NCBI GenBank assembly: GCA_029256085.1
Contig: JAQSYP010000002.1
Span: forward strand, 264,426-328,425
Source of the DNA: Bacillales bacterium
GTDB lineage: Bacteria > Bacillota > Bacilli > CAJFEE01
Length of the DNA: 64,000 nt
Reading direction: 5' to 3'
Part shown: positions 40,257-50,649 of the stretch, piece by piece
Layout of the letters: the number at the start of each line of letters is the position of its first letter
Position numbering within the stretch: the stretch's first letter is position 1
Program-made: the position numbers and the translations under genes
Notes under the pieces: generated by a model
Told to the model about the DNA's origin: nothing
The model's database searches: none
Seen by the model: the letters and a program-made list of their open reading frames with translations, nothing else

Positions 40257-40280
40257 ATTTTTAAAGATTTTTCGACAAGT

Positions 40281-40440
40281 CGGTTGATAATAATGCATAT
40301 TGGGTTGATAAAATTGCATTTTCGGTTGATAAAATTGCTATTTCGGTTGATAAAATAACTATTTCGGTTGATAAAAATGCTTATTCGGTTGTTGATAGAA
40401 GCGTCATTTCCGCCGATAGAACTATCATTTGCGTTCATAG
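40281..40440. repeat. tandem array of about seven ~21-bp repeats (consensus CGGTTGATAAAATTGCTATTT), the last three degenerate
   Basis: Seen in sequence. Lies inside listed ORF 40238..40618(-), where it translates to FINRNS(N/Y) heptads. Confidence 0.7.
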
Positions 40441-40614
40441 TACTAGTAGCATCACTGCTTGACTCAATCGACAATTGTTCTGACTCTAAAATATATATAA
40501 TTGCACCGTGAATCGGATTTTTTGCACCGCCTTTAATTAAAATTGCACCTCCTTGTCGAAAACTAAAAATCAAGAAAAAAAGCAAGACTCCTTTGATCTG
40601 AAGTTTGCTTTTTT

Positions 40615-42951
40615 TCACTCTTGAATTAAATATTCTGATGATATACCTTCCGAAAAGGTGGATGGCTCACCTACACTGTATAGATGCAAGTAATGCATTG
40701 CGCGAGTGCATGCTGTGTAGAACAACCTTCGAAGACTTTCATCACCGTATACTTCCGCCGATGCATTGTAAATTATAACTGCGTCAAACTCGATACCCTT
40801 AGCCAGATACGTTGGTATGACTACTACTCCTTGCTCGTACTCAGTTGAACCATTTTTAACAATTTTAATATCCTCGATCTTACTCAATGCTACGTATGCT
40901 TCAGCACACTCTTTAGCTGATTTGCAAATTACAGCTATAGTATTGTAATTACGCTCCTTTAAGTCATTAACTTTTGACATTATGCGTTGATGTAGTTCAT
41001 CACGAGTAGGCAGTTGCGTAAGCACAGGCACTTCGCCATCCCGTTCAAACGGAATTATTTGATCGCCGCCATTAATAAGATTTCGTGTGAATTCAACGAT
41101 AGGTTTTGTTGATCTATAGCTTCGATGCAATTTTATTGTTTTTGATTCATTAGCTCCGTACAAACCTTGAAGTATATTGAAGTCAACCATATCACTGCTA
41201 GTATGAGCAAATATCGCTTGGTTGAAATCACCAAGCACAGTCATGCCAGCTGAAGGAAATAACCGTTTTATAAATTCAAATTGAAATGGCGAGTAATCTT
41301 GAGCTTCGTCTACTAGTACATGTTTGATCGAAACATTCATTTGAAACCCTTGAATTAACTCTTTCAAAAGTAAAAACGGAGTTGTATCCTCATATAAAAG
41401 TTTGCCTTCTTCTAACATTTTAATTGTTAAAAGACAAATATTTTCCCATTCCACAGGGGTCTCGCCATTAATCCAACTTGGATCGTTAAAAAGTTGTTTA
41501 TAAATTCCAACAATGTTTATGAATCCTAGTTTTTGCACCCATTTTCGTATTGGCTTTAATTTTCTACGGACAACCATTCGACTAAGTACTTCAAATTCTT
41601 TATCATAATCATCGTGTGTTTTTTCAGTATAACTACCTTTTTTATGCAAGTATTTATAGGCCTTTTGATGATCATCCTTACTGAGGAATTGAATTTCTTC
41701 TTGTACCCACGGCTTACTCAGTTCACTTTTGTCTACTTCATCTATTTTCTCATTCAACCATTCTGTCAATTTATCTAGCCTATTATGAAATTTTAGTGTG
41801 GTATCGAAATTATAAAATCTATTAGTAATTTCTTTTGAAGAAACAATCCATTCTCCTCTAAATTTAATACCTTTAAAAAGCATACCTGATGATTCTAATG
41901 ACTGTCTGTAAGCTTTAATAATTTCGAAAAATTGAAGAGATGCTTTGAACTTGATGTTTGCAATCCTAGTCTGATAGTCAGGATCATCATTTGCTGTTAA
42001 TACATATTCCATTTGCTCATAGTTATCTTCAATATTAAATGTTTTGCCTAATCGATGGGTCAAATATCGTTGGAACGTCACCTGTTGCATATTTTCCTCG
42101 CCAAGTTCAGGTAACACTCTGGAAACGTAATTATTAAACATTGCATTTGGCGAAAAAAGAATAATTTGATCCGCTCTCAGCCATTCTCGGTATTTATAAA
42201 GCAAGTAGGCAATTCGTTGAAGAGCTGCCGATGTTTTTCCACTACCAGCTGCACCTTGAACAATGAGCAATTTTTTCTTATCATACCTAATTATTTGATT
42301 TTGTTCTTGTTGAATACTAGCTACGATACTGTGAAGATGTTTATCTGTTCGTTTTCCTAGCACATGCTGTAGTATCTCATCTCCGATTGTAAGACTTGTA
42401 TCAAATATCGATTCGATAAAACCGTTACGAATTATATATTGCCATTTTGTATCTAAAACTCCTGAAACTTTTCCCCCTGGGGTGTCATACTCCGCAGGTC
42501 CAGGTGCATAATCATAGTAAACGCTTGAGATCGGGGCACGCCAATCGTAAATTAGAAAATCCTCACCACTGCTATCTGTAAGTGTAGATACCCCAATATA
42601 AATACGTTCAACATCAGAAGTTCCTTCTTCAATGAAGTCAATCCGTCCGAAATACGGGATTTCCCGCATTCGTCTCAATGAGGATAACCGTTTCGTTGCT
42701 TGCATATGAGTACTTTGAGAAACCGACAAGGCTTGGGTCTGTTGTCGCAAGCTAATAATTGTCTCGAGATAATCATCAAAACTATCAGTATTTACTTTGA
42801 CTTCATCCCAAAAGTTTTTCCGTATATCGACCACATTATTTAGAGTTTGATCTGTTTCAACTTCAAACTTAATAATCTGGTCATTAATTATTTCTAAAAT
42901 ACGGTCTACACGATCTTGCTCCAATCGAAGCTGTTTATCCATGTCATGCAC
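40615..42951 (-). CDS. helD: RNA polymerase recycling motor ATPase HelD (UvrD-like helicase IV family)
   Basis: 778 aa. N-terminal coiled-coil domain, Walker A LLIVQGAAGSGKTSAALQRIAY, and UvrD-like motifs (VLVDEAQDYSPFQF; …YRS). Same length and architecture as B. subtilis HelD. Confidence 0.8.
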   Translation of the reverse strand: MHDMDKQLRLEQDRVDRILEIINDQIIKFEVETDQTLNNVVDIRKNFWDEVKVNTDSFDDYLETIISLRQQTQALSVSQSTHMQATKRLSSLRRMREIPYFGRIDFIEEGTSDVERIYIGVSTLTDSSGEDFLIYDWRAPISSVYYDYAPGPAEYDTPGGKVSGVLDTKWQYIIRNGFIESIFDTSLTIGDEILQHVLGKRTDKHLHSIVASIQQEQNQIIRYDKKKLLIVQGAAGSGKTSAALQRIAYLLYKYREWLRADQIILFSPNAMFNNYVSRVLPELGEENMQQVTFQRYLTHRLGKTFNIEDNYEQMEYVLTANDDPDYQTRIANIKFKASLQFFEIIKAYRQSLESSGMLFKGIKFRGEWIVSSKEITNRFYNFDTTLKFHNRLDKLTEWLNEKIDEVDKSELSKPWVQEEIQFLSKDDHQKAYKYLHKKGSYTEKTHDDYDKEFEVLSRMVVRRKLKPIRKWVQKLGFINIVGIYKQLFNDPSWINGETPVEWENICLLTIKMLEEGKLLYEDTTPFLLLKELIQGFQMNVSIKHVLVDEAQDYSPFQFEFIKRLFPSAGMTVLGDFNQAIFAHTSSDMVDFNILQGLYGANESKTIKLHRSYRSTKPIVEFTRNLINGGDQIIPFERDGEVPVLTQLPTRDELHQRIMSKVNDLKERNYNTIAVICKSAKECAEAYVALSKIEDIKIVKNGSTEYEQGVVVIPTYLAKGIEFDAVIIYNASAEVYGDESLRRLFYTACTRAMHYLHLYSVGEPSTFSEGISSEYLIQE

Positions 42952-43208
42952 TCCTTAAAAAAAATTATAAACGGGGGTTGACTTCAGTTAAAATATGTTA
43001 TAAAATTAAGATAGGGATAGTTTACACTTACACTAAACACCCTGATGCATTCTATACTAATTTATCACATTTTTATTTATAAATCAATGAATTCTATCAT
43101 TAGTGCAAAACTTCTTTTTCTAAGATGTTTTGCACTTTTTTATTTATATTTGGCATGAATTAATTTTTGTGTTTTAATATGAATTAATTAATTTGGCGGA
43201 GGTAGCTT

Positions 43209-43682
43209 ATGTCTATAGCAAGTGTAAAATCTTATCTAAAAGAGTTTGGAGTGGAAAATAGAATCATAGAGGCACCAGTTTCAAGTGCCACTGTAGAATT
43301 GGCTGCCCAGGCATTCAACTGTGAACCCATGCGGATAGCTAAATCTATCACCTTTGATGCGGAAGGTAGATATTTACTTATTGTAGCTGCAGGTGATGCT
43401 AAAATTAATAATCAAAAGTTCAAATCACACTTTGGCACAAAGCCGAAAATGCTTGGTTTTAGCGATGTAGAAACAATAATTGGACATGCTGTTGGCGGGG
43501 TTTGCCCATTTGCAGTCAATCCAGGAGTAGATATTTATCTTGATGAATCTCTAAAAAGATTCGAAACTGTATTTCCTGCATGCGGAAGTGGGAATAGCGC
43601 AATCGAACTAACAATTAATGAATTAGAACAATACTCACAATCATTAGGTTGGGTAGATGTATGTAAGGGATGGGATGAATAG
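43209..43682 (+). CDS. YbaK/EbsC family aminoacyl-tRNA deacylase domain protein
   Basis: 157 aa; IAKSITFDAEGRYLLIVAAGDAKIN and GHAVGGVCPF motifs. Confidence 0.65.
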   Translation: MSIASVKSYLKEFGVENRIIEAPVSSATVELAAQAFNCEPMRIAKSITFDAEGRYLLIVAAGDAKINNQKFKSHFGTKPKMLGFSDVETIIGHAVGGVCPFAVNPGVDIYLDESLKRFETVFPACGSGNSAIELTINELEQYSQSLGWVDVCKGWDE

Positions 43683-43686
43683 AGTT

Positions 43687-44946
43687 TTAACTAGTCGGAT
43701 CATACTTCCTACTTTTCTCTTTAATCATATTAACACCTATGAATCCAACAAAGGAAAATATGCTTGGAATGATAAATGCGTAATGGAATGCAATTTCTAT
43801 TGAATCTTTTGGAAAAGCATCAATTAAATTACCAAAAGCAATCGGCAACAAAAAGGCGCTCAAAAAACCACCCGTATTGGAAAAGCCAGAAACAACACCA
43901 ACTTCTTTTATGGGGAAAGATTTACGCACAACTGCAAAGGTTAATGCACTAGCTCCACTTCCAAAACCGATAATAAAAAGAAAAACCACTACCATATTAA
44001 AAGATGGATTAACGCCTAGTAGGAATAGACCTAACCAGCTACAAAATACCATTAAATGTGTTAAACTATATATTTTTTTTATGGAACCAAATCGACTAGA
44101 AATCCAACTTGTAAGTGGGCCACCAATGATTGCACCAAATAAACCATACATCATCAGTTGACTCGCATCTGAGCGTGATAAACCAAAAACATGCATTCCA
44201 TATGGCACTCCCCAAGAACCAATAAATCCAAAATATGTCCCGACAATACCAAAGTGGCAAATTAACGTTGCCCATGCCTGACGCTTTGAAATTACACGTC
44301 GCAAAATATTTAAAAAATTTTCACGAGGTTCATTTGATTGTTCATCGGTTACAACATCATCCTTAAAAATTTGTTTAGCTTTCTTTATCAGAACAATATA
44401 AAGAAGATAAGATAATAAAATTAAAGTTATTCCGACACTAAGAAATGGAGTTCTCCACCCAACGAAAGAAATCCAAGTGGAAAATGGGACAGTCGCTGAT
44501 AATGAACCAAGGCTTGAAGCTAAAGAAATAATACCTAATAATTTTACAAATTCTATTATCTTAAACCATTGACTTAAAATTAAAACCAAGTTTACATAAA
44601 TAGTCGCATCACCGATACCAACTAAAAATCGAGAGAAGATCAGAACATATTCATTTGGAGCACTACTGTAAATCACACTTCCTACACCATTAAGAAGTGT
44701 TCCAATAATGAGAAAACGATTTGGTCCATATCGATCAGATAGTAAACCTATCGGGATTTGTAAACCCGCATAAGCAAAAAATTGAATACCAGCCATAAAA
44801 CCTATTGTTGAAGCAGAAACGTTGAATTCGTTTATAAGTTGATTTGTAATAAGTCCTGGCGCGGTTCTCTGACTCACAATTATAAAGTAAGCAAATAATG
44901 TGGTATAAAACACAACCCATCTATAACTACTTTCCTGCTTGTTCAT
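43687..44946 (-). CDS. MFS transporter
   Basis: 419 aa, 12 TM segments, MFS loop motif (GLLSDRYGPNRFLIIG). Confidence 0.8.
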   Translation of the reverse strand: MNKQESSYRWVVFYTTLFAYFIIVSQRTAPGLITNQLINEFNVSASTIGFMAGIQFFAYAGLQIPIGLLSDRYGPNRFLIIGTLLNGVGSVIYSSAPNEYVLIFSRFLVGIGDATIYVNLVLILSQWFKIIEFVKLLGIISLASSLGSLSATVPFSTWISFVGWRTPFLSVGITLILLSYLLYIVLIKKAKQIFKDDVVTDEQSNEPRENFLNILRRVISKRQAWATLICHFGIVGTYFGFIGSWGVPYGMHVFGLSRSDASQLMMYGLFGAIIGGPLTSWISSRFGSIKKIYSLTHLMVFCSWLGLFLLGVNPSFNMVVVFLFIIGFGSGASALTFAVVRKSFPIKEVGVVSGFSNTGGFLSAFLLPIAFGNLIDAFPKDSIEIAFHYAFIIPSIFSFVGFIGVNMIKEKSRKYDPTS

Positions 44947-45037
44947 CTCAGACGCCCTCTCTTATGTCAAAATCACATAACAATATTTTTGAGGCATATA
45001 GTTATTTATATTAAAATTCATGGAATTAATTAACCTA

Positions 45038-45068
45038 AAAAAAAACAGTGGGAAATGTCCCACTGTCT
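45038..45068. terminator. bidirectional terminator
   Basis: AAAAAAACAGTGGGA-AATG-TCCCACTGTCTTTTTT hairpin. Confidence 0.65.
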
Positions 45069-45090
45069 TTTTTGCGTTATTTATATATCC

Positions 45091-45312
45091 CTAATTTTCG
45101 TCCGGTTTGTACTCTATAATATCTCCTGGTTGGCAGTCTAGAGCTTTACAAATAGCTTCTAAAGTTGAGAAACGAATGGCTTTTGCTTTTCCATTTTTTA
45201 AAATAGAAAGGTTAGCCATTGTTATACCAACTCTTTCCGAAAGTTCTGTTACACTCATCTTCCTTTTAGCAAGCATCACATCAATATTTATTATAATCGC
45301 CATTGTTTTCAC
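45091..45312 (-). CDS. XRE family HTH transcriptional regulator (YozG-like)
   Basis: MSVTELSERVGITMANLSILKNGKAKAIRFSTLEAICKALDCQPGDII. Confidence 0.8.
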   Translation of the reverse strand: MKTMAIIINIDVMLAKRKMSVTELSERVGITMANLSILKNGKAKAIRFSTLEAICKALDCQPGDIIEYKPDEN

Positions 45313-45313
45313 C

Positions 45314-45799
45314 TCAGACTATTAAGTCATTTTCTGATTTTATATCAATAGCTTCTTGTAAAAGCCTTTGAAGAACGGCAGCAAAAACTGCAATTACCAT
45401 TGAAGCAAAAATAGGTACCATTCCCATTATTATGAGACCAGGGGCATCGTCTAACTCAGCAACCATATAAACAAACGGAAGAATTAACACGTACAAAGCG
45501 CTGATTGTTACTGCACACATTTTAATATTCTTCAAACCTTTAACAGACAATTCAGAGAAAGCTTGGTTGTTATCAATATAACTTAAAAGTTTAAACGACT
45601 GAATCAATGCAATAAAAAATGGAACGATCGCTAAATACATACCTATTACAATCGGATATAGCATATAAGCATAATCTGGGTTAACAGGATTTTTAGCTAA
45701 CCACGGTATCCCATATAAACCTAAAGCCAGAACTGGTAATCCAATAAGAATTACAGCTAATTTTAAAAATAGAGTCGAACCATGTTTCATTAGAAACAC
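45314..45799 (-). CDS. DUF2975 family membrane protein (usual upstream partner of YozG-like HTH)
   Basis: 161 aa with four TM segments. Stop overlaps the regulator's start. Confidence 0.6.
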   Translation of the reverse strand: MFLMKHGSTLFLKLAVILIGLPVLALGLYGIPWLAKNPVNPDYAYMLYPIVIGMYLAIVPFFIALIQSFKLLSYIDNNQAFSELSVKGLKNIKMCAVTISALYVLILPFVYMVAELDDAPGLIIMGMVPIFASMVIAVFAAVLQRLLQEAIDIKSENDLIV

Positions 45800-45892
45800 C
45801 TCACTTAATTATTGTTAATTTAATTTTACTATATTATTTATCGTTTCGCAATAAATTATTACCTTTTTTTAATATATTTTTGCCGTTATAAA

Positions 45893-45942
45893 AATAAACA
45901 CCATGTACTTATACAAAATAAACACCATGTACTTATACAAAA
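45893..45942. repeat. perfect 25-bp tandem duplication (AAATAAACACCATGTACTTATACAA ×2)
   Basis: Seen in sequence. Lies in the promoter region upstream (on the minus strand) of the DUF2975–HTH pair. Confidence 0.7.
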
Positions 45943-46036
45943 TAAAAAACATTCCCATTCCATAGAAATGCTCTTTAAAACTTAAATTTATATTATACTA
46001 TTTGGTCATTAAAAAATATAATATTTCTAAAAATTA

Positions 46037-46285
46037 TTAAAAACCGATTATCTTAAATACGAAAAAAAACATTACTAACAGAAAAGAAAACACTAAACAG
46101 CCCCCTATAAAATAACCGAAGTACTTTAGTGGTTTTGGCATACTATCCATATCTACATTAGCTAGGTTTGCACCGTTACCTTCTATTTTGTTCATGTGAT
46201 CTATCGCATCATTAAATGGTTTATTTTCATGATTCATAGTTAGCCGCCAGTGAAAAACATATTTATAAATTTTGTGTATTGTCAT
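46037..46285 (-). CDS. small hypothetical membrane protein
   Basis: 82 aa with a C-terminal TM. Confidence 0.3.
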   Translation of the reverse strand: MTIHKIYKYVFHWRLTMNHENKPFNDAIDHMNKIEGNGANLANVDMDSMPKPLKYFGYFIGGCLVFSFLLVMFFFVFKIIGF

Positions 46286-46402
46286 ATATAAAGGAAATGT
46301 AACGATATTTGTGGAATATAAATAGATTGTGGTACTATCAAGCGCCGTTCGTACAATAATATTTATTTACTATATTAACTAAAGTGATTTAGGAGCTGAA
46401 TT

Positions 46403-46816
46403 ATGAACGATAACTTTAAAGTAACATTAATGTTTACGGTGATTTGTATGATAATAACGGGCGCTGTGAACTTCAATGTCTTTTTAACCTCAGAACCAGT
46501 AGAATTATACAATTTTTACACTACTCTGATATATATAGTTTATTGGCTTGCGGTAATTGGCATATCAGTACTTTTTAAAGAACAAAGCATATTAAATTTC
46601 ACTAATAAATTTTGGATTTTTATGTTTATAATTTCTCTGCTATCGGCTATTTACAAACCTACTATATTATTACCGTTTATAATTGCTTTTTTTCCACAAT
46701 TTGCAGGACTTACATTATATATTTATACTAATGATGTTTTCATGTTTACAACACTTTTATCAGCATTCTTATGTGCTATATCTTGGTACTTTAATATGAG
46801 ACTTAAAAACTTATAA
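46403..46816 (+). CDS. hypothetical membrane protein
   Basis: 137 aa with four TM segments. RBS GGAG upstream. Confidence 0.4.
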   Translation: MNDNFKVTLMFTVICMIITGAVNFNVFLTSEPVELYNFYTTLIYIVYWLAVIGISVLFKEQSILNFTNKFWIFMFIISLLSAIYKPTILLPFIIAFFPQFAGLTLYIYTNDVFMFTTLLSAFLCAISWYFNMRLKNL

Positions 46817-47075
46817 ACTTTTTAAATCGTTGTGCAATCAAATATGAGGTACAAGTTATACCTATGTAAAAGGGAATCCACATCGGATAACCAGATAGCA
46901 CATCATTTCCCCAACAAATATATTGTAAAGAAAAATCGACTGGAAGCGGGACTAACATACTAGGTAGAAGTTTGTTTGTAAATAACGATATCACCATCGT
47001 AATTATACCTATAATAAATGGTAGATAAAAAAACACAAACTTTAGTGGCTCAATACTTCTGATTAATTCAATCAT
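46803..47075 (-). CDS. hypothetical membrane protein
   Basis: 90 aa with two TM segments. Confidence 0.35.
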   Translation of the reverse strand: MIELIRSIEPLKFVFFYLPFIIGIITMVISLFTNKLLPSMLVPLPVDFSLQYICWGNDVLSGYPMWIPFYIGITCTSYLIAQRFKKFISF

Positions 47076-47112
47076 TCTTTATACCTCATATGTCGCAGAG
47101 TTTAAGGTGGAG

Positions 47113-47271
47113 TTATTTTTCTTTAATAGCTTTTAATATTTCTTTCAAAGTCGAATTTATGTTAGTTAGACTTAACAAAATTATTCCTAACATGGCAAAT
47201 GTAACGATTTCATTTGTTAAAAATGAAATAACTCCCAGTGCAAAAAAATACAAAGTATATAACCAGTTCAT
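47113..47271 (-). CDS. small membrane peptide (52 aa)
   Basis: Strong RBS (GGAGGTG) 8 nt before the ATG. Two predicted TM helices. Preferred over the overlapping plus-strand ORF 47090..47299. Confidence 0.4.
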   Translation of the reverse strand: MNWLYTLYFFALGVISFLTNEIVTFAMLGIILLSLTNINSTLKEILKAIKEK

Positions 47272-47421
47272 TTATGATACACCTCCAATTGCAAGTTAGA
47301 AGATATAGATGCAACATGATATATTTCGACAAAGAAAAGCACTTATCCTTTGAGAAATGCTCGACAGTACTCCAGAGATACTTGATTTTACAATAAACTA
47401 CCCTACTAGGAGCTAAATTTA

Positions 47422-47880
47422 ATGAAAAAAGCGTTAAAATTTATAGTACTTTTTACTACATTCTTTGTTTTATATGTTGGTTTTTTTGACAAACCATCTT
47501 TAGTTAATTACGCTTTTTGGAAATATAAATGGGGACTAGATGTACCGTATTCGAATAAAATAAATACAGTTTTTCAATCTAATGGAATGAATTATGCGGC
47601 CTACCATATAGTTAGCTATGACAACAAACTTACCCATTTGGCACTTAGATTTAGTGAGTGGAATAAAATTTCTGGTAATGAGCGGGATTTTATAAATGAA
47701 AAAATAAGCAACATTAAACAAGATAAAGAAGATGTTTTTACTAGGCATCCAATTCTTTTCGATGAAAATAGCTATTATATATTTTTAGATAAAAGCAGTT
47801 CGTATAATGCAGAAATATTCTTTGCTATATTAAATCCAAAGACAAAGAAAATGTATATATATGAATACTGGGGCATTTGA
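47422..47880 (+). CDS. hypothetical signal-anchored protein
   Basis: 152 aa. N-terminal TM. RBS AGGAG upstream. Confidence 0.4.
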   Translation: MKKALKFIVLFTTFFVLYVGFFDKPSLVNYAFWKYKWGLDVPYSNKINTVFQSNGMNYAAYHIVSYDNKLTHLALRFSEWNKISGNERDFINEKISNIKQDKEDVFTRHPILFDENSYYIFLDKSSSYNAEIFFAILNPKTKKMYIYEYWGI

Positions 47881-47883
47881 TAA

Positions 47884-48276
47884 TTACTCTTTAATAGCTT
47901 CAATTGGAACTTCCCAAACAAAGTATTGGCTAGTTGTATATTGCCTTGTCGATACATGAATTTTTTTATTACCTTTTTCAAAAAAATACCCTGCCCCCAT
48001 TTGTTCTTTATATTCCCAACCGTATTCTTTCATGTAATTCTTCATAACATTGATATTTTCGTCGTATCTACCTGTCTTGGTTATTAATTTAATATATTTG
48101 TCATTTCGAGATATTTCAGCATACCCATCCTTAGAATCTTCGATACTCATAATTGCTGTTATAGTATTAATTGGGTTTCCTTCATAGAAAATAATTTTTC
48201 CAAAAAACACTTCAGTAATCCCAATTAAAAGCGTTATAAATAGTGCAATTGCTATTAAACCAGTTTTTAACTTCAT
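47884..48276 (-). CDS. hypothetical signal-anchored protein
   Basis: 130 aa. N-terminal TM. Confidence 0.4.
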   Translation of the reverse strand: MKLKTGLIAIALFITLLIGITEVFFGKIIFYEGNPINTITAIMSIEDSKDGYAEISRNDKYIKLITKTGRYDENINVMKNYMKEYGWEYKEQMGAGYFFEKGNKKIHVSTRQYTTSQYFVWEVPIEAIKE

Positions 48277-48286
48277 AAAAATTCCC

Positions 48287-48715
48287 CTATCTCTTTTCCT
48301 TATGCTTCAACTCTCTTAAATCTTTATTTGTTGAATAAGTATTTTGATAGATATTATCTTTACTTTCAACCCAATAGTGATAGGTTGTGTTAGGTTCATT
48401 TTTGAAAACTACTCCAATATCGTATGGATTCATATGTTTAAAACCATCTTTTCTATGTGGGACTGTTGAAATTTTCCATTCTTCACTAGGATAAAGTTCC
48501 AATAAGTAAGGTTTCAACAATTCAACTTTCTTATTAATCTGATAATCTATCCAATACGGTCGGGCTACGAAAAAAACAGAATATCCTATTAATATAATAA
48601 GTGCTAAATACCTAAAAACTTTGCTATATTTTCCTTTTAAAAAAAGTGATAAAAATATAATTGTAACAATGGCAATACCGACAAATATAAACTCTAATAG
48701 TTGAGATGGATGCAT
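48287..48715 (-). CDS. hypothetical membrane protein
   Basis: 142 aa with two TM segments. Confidence 0.4.
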   Translation of the reverse strand: MHPSQLLEFIFVGIAIVTIIFLSLFLKGKYSKVFRYLALIILIGYSVFFVARPYWIDYQINKKVELLKPYLLELYPSEEWKISTVPHRKDGFKHMNPYDIGVVFKNEPNTTYHYWVESKDNIYQNTYSTNKDLRELKHKEKR

Positions 48716-48728
48716 ATTCCTGCCCCCT

Positions 48729-49595
48729 TTATAACTCTTTTACACGTTTAAGGTATTTGTGCATTGCTTTATCGTCCTCGAAAGGATAATTATATGAAAA
48801 TTTATCAGCAACCTCTATTGCTAAACTTCTAAATAATTCACAAGCAACAAAAACAGAATCCCACATATTTTCATAGTTACTATCAGAGTATGTTTGTTTA
48901 TACATATTCCAGTAATTTTCTTGAAGGTAATTCTTAAAGTACTTACCCATTTTCCCTGAAGAAACTTGGAAGTTATTATTCATCCCAATCCACCAAGATA
49001 CCATTTGATCAAGTCTAGCCCTTATGACAAGCTCAAACATTTGTTTTGCATACGGTAACTCATCACGCCAAATGCCTTTTGCAACATTTTGTAAGCACCA
49101 CCAGAAATCATTACAACAACTCAAATATTCTGCTTCAGTTGGTGCTTTCACATAATAATCACTGTCAGTTGGAGCACCAATAATTGGCAAAATATTATCC
49201 TTGTCTAGTAATGGAATCGTAAGTTTATCTTTACCGTAGGTATCATAAATTGAATGTATTGACTCGATTCGCAAATCTATACGATTGCCATCTTTAAATA
49301 GCATTAAATAGCCATATGACTTATCAATATTAACTTCAATACCAATAGATTTATCGTTCCTATCTGGTTGCTGCATCATTAGCAAATCTCCAAAGACGCA
49401 AATCCATTTTTCATCATTAATGAATGAAGCTGTTTCTGTTACAACATATACAATATCGTAATCTTGAAAAATATCCTTTTTAACATTTGGATTTGCTCTT
49501 GAACCATTCATATATACGGCTCTTACTCGTTGATCCTCTATTGCAATACTTAAAATCAAATTAAACATTTCTTTTTCAGATCTCAATGTTTTCAC
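48729..49595 (-). CDS. aadK: aminoglycoside 6-adenylyltransferase (ANT(6), AadK-like)
   Basis: RSEKEM…NGSRANPNV..DIFQDYDIVYVVTETASF and the CCNDFWW motif are characteristic of ANT(6)/AadK. 288 aa. Confidence 0.8.
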   Translation of the reverse strand: MKTLRSEKEMFNLILSIAIEDQRVRAVYMNGSRANPNVKKDIFQDYDIVYVVTETASFINDEKWICVFGDLLMMQQPDRNDKSIGIEVNIDKSYGYLMLFKDGNRIDLRIESIHSIYDTYGKDKLTIPLLDKDNILPIIGAPTDSDYYVKAPTEAEYLSCCNDFWWCLQNVAKGIWRDELPYAKQMFELVIRARLDQMVSWWIGMNNNFQVSSGKMGKYFKNYLQENYWNMYKQTYSDSNYENMWDSVFVACELFRSLAIEVADKFSYNYPFEDDKAMHKYLKRVKEL

Positions 49596-49800
49596 CTACT
49601 CTAGGTATTTTTATAATTTATCTCTATACTTATTTGTTTTTATTGATTTTTCAGCTACCATACTTATTTAAACCCTTTTGATAGTTTAATAAATTTCATG
49701 ATGTTTTTTTATTAAGATAGTATTATAATAACAATACTTTAAATTTCCAATATTTGTTATATTAATATTAAAGTAAAATAATTTTTATGGGGAGATTTAA

Positions 49801-50610
49801 ATGTTGAATAGCAAATATAAAATTGCTTATGTTTTATCGTTTGTAATCTTGGTTTTGGCAACTTTGGCATCTACATGGGGACTTTTTTCTGAGTCAATTT
49901 ATCGGGACAATGATTTAATTATCGCTGCTTGGAAAGGAAATGATTTAGTTACATTATTCGTCGTAATTCCGTTAATGATTATATCACTACGCGGGTCCTC
50001 GAAAGGTTCAAATCGATCGCATTTAATTTGGATGGGTACACTTTTATATATGCTCTATAATTATATGTTCTACTTATATGGTGCTGCATTTAATAAATTA
50101 TTCTTAGTTTATGTAGCACTATTTACGCTTTCAATTTATGCATTAATAATAGCACTTCTTAAAACTGATGCTTCAAATATATCTAGTCTATTTTCAAAAA
50201 AGACACCCATTAAATGGATTAGTGGTTTTATGTTATTCTTTGGTACATTATTAGGTATTCTTTGGATAATTATGTCACTAAGCTTCGTATTCACTAATAA
50301 AATACCTCAAGCAATTACACAAACTGACCATCCTACAGGTGTAGTATTTGCAACAGATTTATCAATCCTAATTCCAGCTTTAATAATAAGTGCAATTTTC
50401 CTCTTAAAAAGAAAAGATTGGGGCTACGTATTTTCATCGATGGTTTTAATAAAAGCAACAACATACGGTATGGCATTAATTGCAATGTCAGTAATTGCAA
50501 AATTCAGAACTGGAGAAGGCGACCCTATGATCCCACTATGGGCGTTTTTAAGTATTGGTTGCTTTATATCATGTTTTGTATTATTGAAAAATATGAAAAA
50601 AATTATTTAA
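49801..50610 (+). CDS. hypothetical integral membrane protein
   Basis: 269 aa with about 8 TM segments. Confidence 0.45.
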   Translation: MLNSKYKIAYVLSFVILVLATLASTWGLFSESIYRDNDLIIAAWKGNDLVTLFVVIPLMIISLRGSSKGSNRSHLIWMGTLLYMLYNYMFYLYGAAFNKLFLVYVALFTLSIYALIIALLKTDASNISSLFSKKTPIKWISGFMLFFGTLLGILWIIMSLSFVFTNKIPQAITQTDHPTGVVFATDLSILIPALIISAIFLLKRKDWGYVFSSMVLIKATTYGMALIAMSVIAKFRTGEGDPMIPLWAFLSIGCFISCFVLLKNMKKII

Positions 50611-50649
50611 ATCTAAAAATAAGCATTTCTCTAAATGAGAAGTGCTTAT

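Noticed and set aside
40238-40618. Calling the FINRNSN-repeat ORF a confident CDS
   Set aside because: The reading frame coincides with a DNA tandem repeat and the start is a GTG overlapping the helD stop. I report it as a repeat with a possible ORF, not as a firm gene.
47090-47299. Listed plus-strand 69-aa ORF
   Set aside because: The opposite strand carries a 52-aa two-TM peptide with a strong GGAGGTG RBS (47113–47271). The plus-strand ORF lacks an RBS and reads as low-complexity sequence.
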